The position numbers and the translations under genes were made by a program. The notes beneath the pieces were generated by a model. The model had not been told where the DNA came from, made no database searches, and was given only the letters and a program-made list of their open reading frames with translations. Below are positions 29,547 through 41,509 of a stretch of DNA of 64,000 nt, piece by piece (the stretch's first letter is position 1; each line of letters begins with the position of its first letter). The DNA is from Ophelia neglecta. Its lineage: Eukaryota. The stretch spans positions 75,268,001 to 75,332,000 of the forward strand of contig OZ260663.1 in assembly GCA_965285935.1 (NCBI GenBank), read 5' to 3'.

Positions 29547-32500
29547 GATTCCAGCTTCTTGGACACGTACCCACAAGGCAAAACTTTTATCTTGACCACC
29601 TGCGACACAGAAAAAAGCAAATCCCCCGCAATGCCATAGGAAGAACATGTCAACAAGATGTGGCTTGCTTGCACTTACCTTTTTTTTAAATTTTGACCCT
29701 CTGGTCAAGCTCCTGTGTCAAACTGCCCCCGAGCAACTAATAAATGTAGGCTACGTAACGACGAGCTGAATGGAAGCTTCTTTGAGCTTAATATTGGATA
29801 GACCCTGGGGTATCACGAGCATTAATGACTACATAAATAAGTACCCCGTAAGTACACATAATGATAGGCCTAGTCAACCCAATACTGATAAAAACTGAAG
29901 ACAACCAATGACAGAACAATAACAAGTTTCTGGAATCATTAGTGGCTATTTCCCCGGGAAACTTCCCGTCTTGATTTCAAGCTGAGCTGAGATGTAGCTT
30001 CCAGTATGCCTATAGTTTGAACTTCAGACGACACTTGCTTTACGCACTGCGTTAGCCGCGCGGAACTACCAAACGATACTGACCCATCACCTCGTTACGC
30101 GAAGCTTCCGGGAAAAAGATTTAAATCTCTACTTTCTCCCCTGGGTGTGTGTGTGTGAGGGTGTGTGTGTGTGTGTGGGGGGGGGGGGGGTGAGCTATAA
30201 TATATAAATATACTAGTATATGACCACGAGGGTTAATGATCTTTATGCCAATTCTCATAAATTCAACCTGTTTTTGATATTCTTGTACATAAAAGACTAC
30301 AAAGTAGGCCTAATGTAAAAAAATACCAACCTGCCAGGAGGTAATGAGGGGGGGGGGGGTCCTTAAACGGGTTGCGCCTCCCCGCATCAAAGCTCCGCAC
30401 TGTGGTGCTTTTATATGAAGCAATGAATGAGAGAGATTGCGGTTTGGGTGGGGCTTGATACAATAATACAGCGGTTGCGGATTTTTACAGACGTTAAGCT
30501 TATAATATTGTAATCTCCAAAAGGTCATAATACTAGTATACAAAAGTATACACAGAGCGCATGGTGTAAGGGGGTAAAAGGGTGAGATGGTAGTAAGATG
30601 ATTAAGCTGACGAATCAGCCATACAATAAGAATGAAGATAATCAGACAGTCGGGCTGTCAAGCGAAAAAGAAAAGAAAAAAGGTTTTAGTTGAGCTATAT
30701 AAATATATAATTAAGGTCCCGTATAAATTTATAAATGTGGCAAATTTGGAAGGCACGGAGGTGCGGGTATGTCACCTATCCAAACGAACTTCGTTGTGTC
30801 TATAATGAATGGTGGGAGTTCTGAGAGGTTTCACCAAGGGGGGGGGGGGGGGTATTAGGCTTTTTATCATAGGGTTGTCGAGATAAAACGGCTACGTATA
30901 TTGCGGGTTTTGTGCGAGAGTAAGACATATGTACAGCACAGCATGCTGCACCCTCTGGGCACATCACAGACCCTACTACAAATACACTACTTTCTTGACA
31001 ATAGGCCTAACGTTACTACTCACCCTGCCGGCATGCGGTTCTAATCAAACTGGACATAGTTTTGTGTGACTGTCTAGGTCTAACATTGATTAAAACTGAT
31101 TATTTTTTAATTGACTAGTATTGTCCCTGTCTAGGTGTCTAGGTGTTAAGGTACTACTCGAAGAAGTGAACAACTTTTACCTTGGCGTGATAAAAATTAT
31201 ATTTTAAAAGCTTACGAATAATTATACCTATGGCGTTCTATGAAATGCATTTCGGCCCAACATAGGCTTAAAATACTAAATACTGTCCTACATCGATGAT
31301 CCTTACAAATATAATCTAATATTAGGCTTTGTTCCCCCAAATAAAAGAAAGTAAAAGCTATATTTTATGTAGAATCGGTACCTAGATTATTCAATTATCA
31401 TTATACTGATATTAACTAATATGACAATGTAACACAGCAGGCCTTGGTACGCGGGGGTCATCTGGCCAACTAACGGGATAGGATACCCGGCAGATTAATG
31501 CAAACAATAGGGACAGTTGAAGACATCACTAAGTCTAGAAGAGCTTCTAACCTAGCAGAGACAGCACCTCATATGACAAGTCCACAGCATTAGTAGAGCT
31601 AAGTGACATGCAGTGCTGGCATGTTCATTTTAATACACGAATGCCTATATAGGCACCGGACAAAAATTAAAATCGCATAATATTTGGAAATTTCTTGTAC
31701 ACAACTTGAGGCTAGGGTGTCTATTAACACAACATAACTGGAATAACTCATATAAATATATACAAGAGCTACCGGTATGGCTTGGTATAATCATGCACTG
31801 CGTGAACATATCATTTATTCTCTTTTCGGGCCTGCTTAGGCCTAATATTAGACATACTAGCTGAGGAGAGGTTAGCCCAGCGGGGAAGCAGGAACCTTAA
31901 GCTTGAGGAAAAGGACTCCTCAACATTATATTGACACCCATTCAATTCAAACAACCAATCGCATGACTAACGTTACGATCCCTAGGGTTAAGATGTTAAT
32001 TTCCAATAGGGCTGGCCCTTGTATATAACTTTGTTGAAGGACCATATATGTAATGAGATCAGTTTGTTTAGCTCATTGCGTGACCTTCATATTTATTTTA
32101 CATGTTTCACTAGAAGTGTAAATGAACATGGTCACGAATGTGATAAATCAAGCAGATAGTGGACAACCGGCCGACATTGCTCAGTTTATCCTTTATTTGA
32201 ATGTCTCGGATCTGCAGGCTTTATAAATATATTTTTTCATACGGCCGTTTAATTTCCGCTCGAGTTTTAGCCGACTGACAAAAAAGACACGGGGAACATG
32301 TTACTGTGCCTAGGAATTAACCCAAAAAGAATAAAGGACCAAACATAAGTTAGCTGACGGTTGTCAGTTAAATATATTCGAAGTGTCATCTACAATAGAA
32401 ATTAGCAGACTATTCCGTTGATAATTCGAGTTGAAAACACAGAACAATAGGTACCACTCATTAGCATTTATATCTGCTTCTCAGCATACTGGATACAGAG

Positions 32501-34584
32501 GCATATAGTTTTGAAGATACACGACATTGACACTCCTCGATACTATTCCCTGTATCTTAACATGAACTTCGAAGACCTAGTACCTCTTAATGTGAGAGAC
32601 AGATATGGCAATCATCTACTATACCTGAAAATGTCAGCATAATTAATGCATTATTTATGAATTGGCACGCAGTTGACTATTCGAGTTTTGCCGGGAACTT
32701 CACCCCGGCTGGCGGCTCTCAACGGTCCGGAGAGGGAGCGCGTCTGCAGACCTACAAGCAGCCCCGTGCTAAACACATGGGCACAATTCAATACAGTGCA
32801 AAAAAAAATTCCTATCTCTTAGCAATCAACAGGATTGAGAGATGAATAAACAAGGTAGATTTCCTGAAAATTACCGCCAAATTCAAGAAAAGAGTTTTTT
32901 GCCGAAAAATCTCTAACCCCGCGAGGCTCACACATGGCCAAGTCGCCCGCGTCCCGTTTTTTTAGAGGACCTTTTTTCCAAGTTTGTGCTTTATCAGCCC
33001 TCCCTAGCTAAGGGCATTTTTGCAAATTTATGGATTCTGAACCTCCAGATCTACACCCGTTTTCAAAATGTTCGGACGAGCTAACCCCCCCCCCCCTAGC
33101 ACTTTTTGTAGCATTTGGAAATAAAATGAGGTCCTTAGGCCTAGAACATATTTATAACCACAGCAGGCGGTAGCGCAGTATGGTTAAATGACGTACTCTG
33201 AAGGCTTACTACTCTTACTACCGAATCTCATCATGCTGTGTGAACATACACACAAACACTGTCAACAGCCTTGACCCCCTCTGCTAGCTGTCAGCCGTTC
33301 CAGTGTTGCGATGCACGACTGCTGACTTGACTGTTTTGAACGACTAAGATCATAACACATCCCAGTAGACATAGGACATCAAATTATTAAAACAGGTCAC
33401 AGGTATAGTACTCATAAATATAGTAATCATTCTAAAGGCTCTTTATCAGTGGTCTGCTCTTATTGTAGGCCAAATTGATATAGGGCTAGGCCTATTAATA
33501 ATTGACCGAATTCTTTCGATGTTGTCACAGTTTAGTGATTTGAAGGAATTGGCAAAACATGTCACGGCATAAAGCCTAATCCTTACTAGTCTATCATGTG
33601 TTGATACGACATTAGACATGCATCATGCTCACGATAATGTACTCTTTCGTTTCTCTGACACTACCCTTATCAATACCATTTGGTCTATAATGTAGCGATA
33701 ATTCGCTGTCCACAAGATGCAAGTAATAGGCCCATTCTTGCATACAGTGGTTAGCAATATATTATTTATGTCTAAGATGTATACTGTATAGGATACATGC
33801 ATAGGCCCAGGCGACCAAAATGATGTGTTTCGACATTATATTTTTCATTGACAGTAAACGTTATAGTATGGTCTTCATATTAGTCATGCTTTTCACTGTA
33901 CCTGTCTTTGAGACCTGTATTTACTAGCCCTTTAGACAACATCTGATTATCTACCTGAAAATACATGAATTTACTTTCCTGTCACTCATTCATGGAGATA
34001 AGGATTAATATGTGCATACCAACCAACAAAAGCGCAATTGATAGAAGTTCAGAGGGTAGATATGATGTGGGCATAAAAATTAGCCAGGGTGACCCTATAT
34101 ACTAATGCTGATACGAATTTAACTGTGTAAAAACGAATAGTAGAAAAGTAAATGTCGTTGGCAATTTCTCATTAAAACGGGCTAAACTTTGATTAAAGTC
34201 CTTAGTTTGTGACACAACAAAACATATCGCAAAATTGGCAGTGCAAATGATTTGTTTTATCGAGGAGAAATTGGCCCTTATCAATGTTGTGCAGCGGTCA
34301 CTGCGGCAAACAGCATTATTGTACGGCTAGAGCATGTCTTGAGCCCATTCATATAAAACAAATAACCAGAAAACCTGGGGTTGCTTCTATTGAAATTAAG
34401 TACATGTATAGTATAAGTATTGAATTGCCACATTTTTTTGTCGTTGTTGAATATAGCATGTTTAAATTTGGATCTTCATTAAAACATAAATTATCTGTTG
34501 AGAACGAGATAGGGAGGCATTTTGCTCACTGTGTAATTGCAACCATATCATAAAAACAACTAAGTTACATATATTAATATAATA

Positions 34585-34762
34585 CAGTGAAACCTGCCTT
34601 AAAGACCACCTCTATAATCAGACCACCTGTTAATTCAGACCACTAATATGAGGATTATTTTGCATACTTTCAATGTTAAATAACCTGTCTAAACAGACCA
34701 CCTCAGAAATCAGACCAGCATTTCCCAGTGCCTTTGGTGCTCTTAATTCACAGGTTTCACTG
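34585..34762. mobile_element. Tc1/mariner (pogo/Tigger-type) MITE
   Basis: The structure is TA|CAGTGAAACCTG...CAGGTTTCACTG|TA with internal AGACCACC repeats. It ends ~35 bp upstream of the first coding exon of the ubiquitin-domain gene. Confidence 0.85.
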
Positions 34763-34798
34763 TATATGTATACCAAATTCGCAACACTTTTCCTAGGC

Positions 34799-37700
34799 AT
34801 GGAGTCATTCATTCCGGATTTCAAGGGGGTATCCTTAGCTGGATATGGAATCGAAATCAAAGAAGGCAAGCATATAAACACACCCCAGGGTGAATTTGTG
34901 GAGCTGAGTCATGGGAAGGAATATAGCCTTGAAGTGATCAACTTCAACTGTCACAGGTGTAGATTCAATTTGAACATTGATGGGTATGATCAAGGTAGTT
35001 TATAATTTACCTTTTCAGTATCTTACATAATCCCCAAAACGCTTGGAATAACAAGAGTTCCATAAATGAGTGTAACCAAATGTTCTGGTCTATCCCTAGT
35101 TCGACCCAGTTGCAGTTTTACCTGTATAGTATCCACTATGTTGCTCTATCCTCCTTAATAGGAACAGGCTAGTGTAGGGAGAAAGTAGGCTCAGGGTAAC
35201 CAGAGTAATTATTTACATTTCATACAAAAGTAAATTTGTACTATCAGATTTCATACTATATTGATACGTTATGTTGCCGAGGAAATATGTAAGCTAATTG
35301 AAAAGTCATTTCAATTTTTTTACTACAGGGTCTTGGCAAATCGGACCTCTTAGCACAGGGAATATTGAAAGACCAGCAGATGTTCCCAAAAAGTTCACAT
35401 TTTATCGAGTCAAATTTGCTCCCGATGGTTCTGGAATCAAAGCAGGCAGAAATGAAAATGGTCTTATCACTTGTAGTTTCGTTCCGGAGGTGGGAGCTAG
35501 TGCGATTGATGTAAGTAAAATAATTGGATATGTGTAAAAGGTATGTCATGAAATTGGTTGGTCGATGTTTATAATTTTTATTTGGCGTTTCTATATAGAC
35601 CACCCCCTCTCCTTTTAGAGGTGAGGTAAATTGGAATATGTAGTATATAGAGGACCAAGGCAACTAAATCCATGCGAGGAAATACTTTGTCATCCTTTTT
35701 GTTTTTTTTAGTAAAAAATAATCTGCGTATTAATTTAACATTGTGATAGTTCCTTATTAAACTTACCTGCTAAGCTTAGTCTTTCCGCCTAGTTTTGTGA
35801 GTACTCAGCCTCCTAGGCCAAAGGATTTTGGAAAGTTGCCGTCAAATTCATTCTTGGTTTTAACCTATGCTTTATTCCAGTTTGTTTTGTCAGTTCCATG
35901 TAGTAGCCCAGTTGTCAATTCTGCCCAGTTCAGTATGTTTTCGAAGCACTCGACTAAAGACTTGGCTGACAGAACTAAGGGAATACTAACATCCAAATAC
36001 AACATCTCAGATATTTCTGAGTATGAAGTCATCCGATGGCTCTCCGGAAAACCCAACAGCTGCATGAAAGATTTTTTAAACCTGGAAGGAGACAATAAAA
36101 CCTTTCTGCAGTAAGTAAGTTTGTTAGTAATTATGGTAGAAAAATCAAGCTCAGATAGATGGGTTTGTATCACATATATAATGGAAGTGAAGAAGACTTC
36201 ATATTGATTGCTGTAATTTCAGATAAAAAATGTAACAAAGGGGATTAATATGATTGGAAATGGAGGATTTGGGCATTCATGTCCAAATTAATTTTCATAA
36301 TACCTTTAAAAGTGTTAACCAGTGAGAAAGAAATGGTGTGTTCGTGTTTGCATTTGTGTGTATGGTTGCCTCTGTCCTGTCCTGTTGGGGCAAATGTATG
36401 TATGAATGTATACTTGTACCTGTGTATAAAAAAGTCAAAACAATAATGACAAATTAAGAGAGAAAAACAGTTTGTTAGTAATTTTTAATGGTATCAATAA
36501 CGCACAAGAAGATTTTTATAATATTTTGATGCAAATATTCTATGTTGTTAACACCTTCTCAGCAATTCCAGATCAAAACTGTAAAACCTTATTAAACCTA
36601 ACTGTGGTTAAGGTTAGTACACACAGGTTTAATATATAACTTTTATTACACTCACTTTTAGATTTGATGGCTACAGAGAGGATGAGATGTGTTTCATAGA
36701 TTGCCTTCCAAAGCTAAAGTCAGTCACCATAAAGTATAAAGGAGACACAATAAATCACAACTTGCTGTCTGCGCCAAAAATTAATGATATATTGAAGCTG
36801 ATAGAAAACTTTGAACTGCAAGACTTTTGTTTAGTAACAGAAAAAGGAAGGCCTTTTTTCCTTTCGCCTTGGGCCAAGGTAAACATGATACTTATAAGAA
36901 GACAATTTATACCCTTCATGGAAAGTATATTAATATTCGCATAACAGATAGTATGTGTGCTGAAATAACCTTCGGGAAAACAACCCCTGCTCCTTTAAAA
37001 AGTCCGCATCCTGAACTTTACACATCATGGTCACAAATGTGTTGCAGATAGTTTCACTGGGCATACTGTAAACCTTATACAAGATACAAGGGGAATTTAC
37101 ACATACATGTATACTAAACAAATAGATAGAATTGGCTTGTGAAGGGGTTGGGGGTCGGGTTTTGTTGATGATCAACAGAAAGGTTCAATGTTTAATCCTT
37201 ACCCCCATCTCAAACGTAAACAAACAAAGAACCACATTTGTTCATACCTTGTATCCTGCTATCTAGTTTCTGGTAACTTTTGTAGGATTTTATAGTATGC
37301 AGGTTCAAGCTGTCTATGACTATACATAATATCACCACCAAGCTACTGCAGTATAAAACTAATCTGATCCCCTCCTTCACGCTTGACATGGATATAATTT
37401 TTTTATATCTATTTTCTGAAAAATGGATATCATAATCATGCTTGTTAATAGCTTTATTTTCTTCAAAGGTGTTTGATTTGACATGAATATTTCAACATTA
37501 ATATTGTCTAGTCATTCACGGCTTCATCATTAGTGCCTCTGGTAGAAATATTTTTGCGCTTACCAGAATGAAGCACCTTGGAATTTGGCCGTTTATATGT
37601 CTTTAATGTCTCCATTCAGACATTTGGTGAGGAGCATATTTACTTTCTCCTGAGGAAAGCTGAAATAGTTGATTGTGCAAGAGGAGGAATACTGAAAATA

Positions 37701-39195
37701 GAGGTCTTTGATGAAAAACCACACTCTGATTCGTGCTTTGAGGTAACTGGTAATTTATCAATTATCCAACAGACAGGGTGACATAAAAGTACATATTATG
37801 AACATTACCATATAATAGATGGATTGAAAAAAATGTATGCAACCGGAAATATGTATACAATATTGTCTGCTGCTTGTTTTTTCTGAAAGGCACATGTCAG
37901 GACACTGACAGGAAAAACCATAACTTTACTATTAACCGATGACACCAGCATTTTGGAAATTAAAATAATGGTACAAATGAAAGAAGGCATACCACCAGAC
38001 CAGCAGCGATTGATCGCATCTGGACTGCAGCTAGAGGATGGGTGTGAGGTTAGAGATTACCCCGGCATCAGGGAGGAGAGGGTGATGCATTTGGTATTGA
38101 GTAAGCAATCTTATGTACTTTATCTTCAAACTTTACTCTTTGGGCCTAACGAAACATTTGATTTTCAATAAGAATCGGTTTATATGAGTAATACTCTAAC
38201 TCTATTCTTTCAGGGTTACGTGGCGGAGGTATGGACCCTAATCTGCAAGTTAAAGCTGGCGATATTAGCTCAGGTAATTTAAAAGTGATGTTCATTTGGA
38301 TTCGTTATTTATTGATTTATTGAATTTCCTTATCCTGGGTAGCCCTACCAACTGTTATTCTTGGTGGTCCAGTTTACAATGCACACCTACAATGGGGTAT
38401 TGATTTTTAAAACATTAAGCTGGTGTTGATTGTTGATTGTTGATAAATCTGCTGTATTATTTTCCCCTCTGTGTCTATCTGTTAAACAGAAAGTGACACT
38501 TCTGCCAAGAAAACACTGAACGCTCCCGATTCAAACTGGGTGTCAGGCGCCACTACTCTAGGACAGGCCAGTCAGCAAAAATTTCAAACTGTGAAAGCAA
38601 TAAGAATTGATCCCTTAAAGGAAACAAAAATAATCTTGAGGCTGGTGGCTAGGCAAGTAAAGGTTTTGTCATATTATATTGAACTAATTTACAAATTGAA
38701 AACAAATGCTAGAATTAACATTGACCTGGTATTTTTATTCCACAAAATATTGCGAGCAGAGTGTAGAGGTCGCCTTGCTAAGATTGTAATGTTTGAAATT
38801 GGCATATATAACCATTGTTGTGAGCGAAAGGAATTCAACGGTTGTGATGTGATAATAGTCTGTGTTGTAGGGGAGATGAACTGGTAGCTCAAAATCCAGT
38901 AGTCTGCACACAAGCTATACAGTCAAACCAATCTACTCCGGCAGTCTCCAATATAAGGGACTCGACCAGCGGCAACATAGCTAGGTTGGTTGAGGATGAA
39001 GCAGGGGACAGAGATGGTGTCAGGGACCAAGCATCATCTAAGAAGAAACTAAAGAAGATCAAAGGGAGCTGTATTATAATTTAAAGTAAAGTTTGTTTGG
39101 TTTCCAGGGGAAATGAGCTTCTTGTATATCCACAAGTGGACCAAGTTGAATGCACCCCACTTTCATCTCAAGTGCCTCCTGCAGTGCAAGACTAG
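34799..39195 (+). CDS. Ubiquitin-domain-containing protein: uncharacterised beta-rich N-terminal domain, 2 probable degenerate UBLs, 1 clear ubiquitin domain, C-terminal segment; two alternative last exons (531 aa CaaX form or 489 aa form)
   Basis: Phase-consistent exons are 34799-34994, 35329-35510, 35881-36110, 36662-36878, 37620-37742, 37890-38100, 38214-38273 and 38490-38652 (GC donor), then 38871-39084 or 39108-39195. The ubiquitin domain reads [15 protein letters not shown]...[21 protein letters not shown]...VMHLVLRLRGG. An acceptor just before the ATG implies an upstream exon that I did not identify. Confidence 0.85.
37890..38227 (+). other. Ubiquitin domain with intact LRLRGG, internal to the protein
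   Basis: Splicing 38100 to 38214 gives [13 protein letters not shown]. The segments TLTGKTITL and [11 protein letters not shown] are identical to ubiquitin. Confidence 0.9.
38871..39084 (+). CDS. Alternative last exon A, ending ...[16 protein letters not shown] (polybasic stretch plus CaaX)
   Basis: The acceptor is tgtgttgtag. The exon is open in phase 2 from the GC donor at 38653 and stops at TAA 39082-39084. Confidence 0.75.
39108..39195 (+). CDS. Alternative last exon B, (R)[28 protein letters not shown]
   Basis: It has a strong acceptor (gtttgtttggtttccag) and the same phase as exon A. Its peptide resembles the start of exon A ([13 protein letters not shown]...TPAV). Confidence 0.7.
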
Positions 39196-41246
39196 TAGAT
39201 TCGATGGAAAGAAAATGCTGGATTTATAATATGGACGGCCACGAAATAAGTACCCGGTACATAGTGTAGAATTAATAGAAGTAACAAGGTTAAAAAAACA
39301 TTATCTGCGCATTTGCCTGTAAGCAGGCATGAACAATCTATTGCAAATAGAAGAGAACTTAACCCACTGCTGCTGTACTCAAATGACATAGACGTGATAT
39401 ATCTATGAACTAGTTCTTAAAGTAATTATATCCGCGAAATGCGGATATTATGGAAACTATTGCACACATTCGCGGATATACCCTTTGCTGTCAGCCCCCC
39501 GACAGTGTTGGCCTAGTTTATTATCCCAGAGTGAATAGTTCTGAAATGTTTATTTTTACCGGAGAGTGTAATGTTTGAGAAGGATATTTTAACAATATAG
39601 TATAAGATACCATTAAGGAAAAATCGTCGCCCTACATGAAACATTTATGCAAACTTGTTTTGGATTACCTTTAAATGTTTACTTTGAAATAAAATGCCAC
39701 AATGCAACCCTTTATTCCTTATTTTACACATTCCAGTTGATGAGCTTCACTCTTTAACTGCCAAATATGGTATTAATTTACTCATAGTTATCGGTATTAA
39801 ACTTCGAGATTCCATAGGTAACGTGTTAAGCAGCATAATTAAATTCTGGCAGTTACCATAGTAATTTTTGTGCTACTTGGCATGACATCACAAATGGCAA
39901 CGAAACATGTTGTCGAAAAAAGTCGACATGGTCAGTGAGAGATAAGGTAGAAAGGAATTCTAGTGCTAATGACATGGGGGTGGGGGTGGGTGCAATTATT
40001 TTATAGAGTAGTACTAGTAGGAGTGGCAATGTTTATAAAACATCATGTATGCACATGCGCCTATATAAGGGTTTAAACAATCCATTGCAAATAAAAGAGA
40101 CCTTAACATACCATGGCTTATTTCGAATGACCTGAATTGAATATTATAAATCTATAGACTAGTTCTGAAACTAATTCGTCTAAGCCCGCATGGTCCTGAA
40201 ATTTTCACTTAACAAGTTTTAATTTTTGCGAAAGAAATTCTTGACATACTCTACTACCTAGAAAAACGTCATCGTACACGCAACATGCACGCTTTGGGGG
40301 GGGGGGGGGGGGAGGAAGGGGCTTGTTTCCCTCAAATGTTGACGTGTGAAATAAAAGAAAGTGCCATAAGCCAATCGCGTTATTTTTGTTATCTTTATTC
40401 ATGATCCTAAGTGATAAAACCAATGTTGATGTAATTCTCAAGGACTTTCACAAGTCATACAACGTTTCATTTCATAATTATTACAAAATAACACCACAGG
40501 GCTATTATTGAAAGAAGGACCCTTACAACTGGGAGATCGACGACATAATTATTATAAAGTACGGTGTTCGCTAGGTGTATGTACATGCCGTTTTTATTCA
40601 ACCGATTGTGTAAATAAATATTGCACTTGGATAAATACTGAACGCTGTTGAAGTTCCTCTTTGTTTGATATGCGCATACACTATTTTGATACCGGTACTA
40701 AACTGCCTACACCTGAAGCGTGGTATAGAAGCACAGCATACATAATTTGTCATTTTAATGTATGCATGCTAATTACACATTAAATAATAAATTAGAAGCT
40801 GGCCTAAATTGGAGGTTTCACAATGAAAATAATCCTGTAGCATGACTCAAATTGTTATTTGTTTGGAATAGACATTTATAGCTTTATAAATAAGTTTATT
40901 AATATTCTGCAAAAATTGAGGAGTGAATTACAGAAGTTTACCAGTTAATTTTGTAATAGTTACACTATCACTATTTAATAACATGTTATATCACTGGCCA
41001 GTGACCACCTCATTTCTTTGTGCAAATACACTGTACAATCACTGGGCATATATGCGAGGGGGCAGTCTACATGAACCTGAGCTAATTAACCTGATCATCC
41101 AGACTATGACTTAGACTTATTGATGAGAATATATTTACATTGCCGAATCATACGCTTAAAAGCTGATCTATCGTGGTTTAATTGTAAGTCATTTTTGTTT
41201 TACGTGAAGACAAGTTGCCCAACTACTTGATTTAGGTCCATGGAAT

Positions 41247-41509
41247 TCAAACGTTCATTATATGCGCGTTGACGTAAATACTTTCGAAGACTGCAGAGCA
41301 CCCTGTACATTTCCAAGACCCTTCTGTCAGTTGTTCCTCATTTATCTGCTCTGGAGGAAGACATGTTTTGTGCCAGCTTTTCTTACAATCTGAGCACATG
41401 ATACATGTAGTGTCCGGCATCACCAGTCTGGCTGTGCATTCAACACAGTTGATTACTTCTACTTTATCCTGAACTTCTTGAAGGCTCACACTTGAAACTT
41501 CCCGAGCGC
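41247..41509 (-). other. PHD finger (C4HC3) terminal exon of the pseudokinase gene
   Basis: The peptide is CVEC-x12[14 protein letters not shown]15-WKCTGC, preceded by a phase-1 acceptor (tctatttttcag). Confidence 0.8.

Noticed and set aside
29950-30114. STAT/NF-kB motif cluster (TTCCGGGAA at 30106, GGGAAACTTCCC at 29956)
   Set aside because: Only one canonical site is present, which is expected by chance in 64 kb.
28490-30855. Poly-G/C tracts and (GT)n as functional G-quadruplexes
   Set aside because: Such runs are scattered through the window and are often parts of repeats, with no specific support for function.
1-33500. Conserved bilaterian microRNAs in the long non-coding region
   Set aside because: I scanned by eye for common mature sequences (let-7, miR-1, 7, 9, 10, 100, 124, 125, 252 and others) and found no convincing match. 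The scan was not exhaustive.
1-34500. About 60 short ORFs in the ORF track
   Set aside because: They have no recognisable motifs, show AT-rich random composition and do not chain into a phase-consistent gene.
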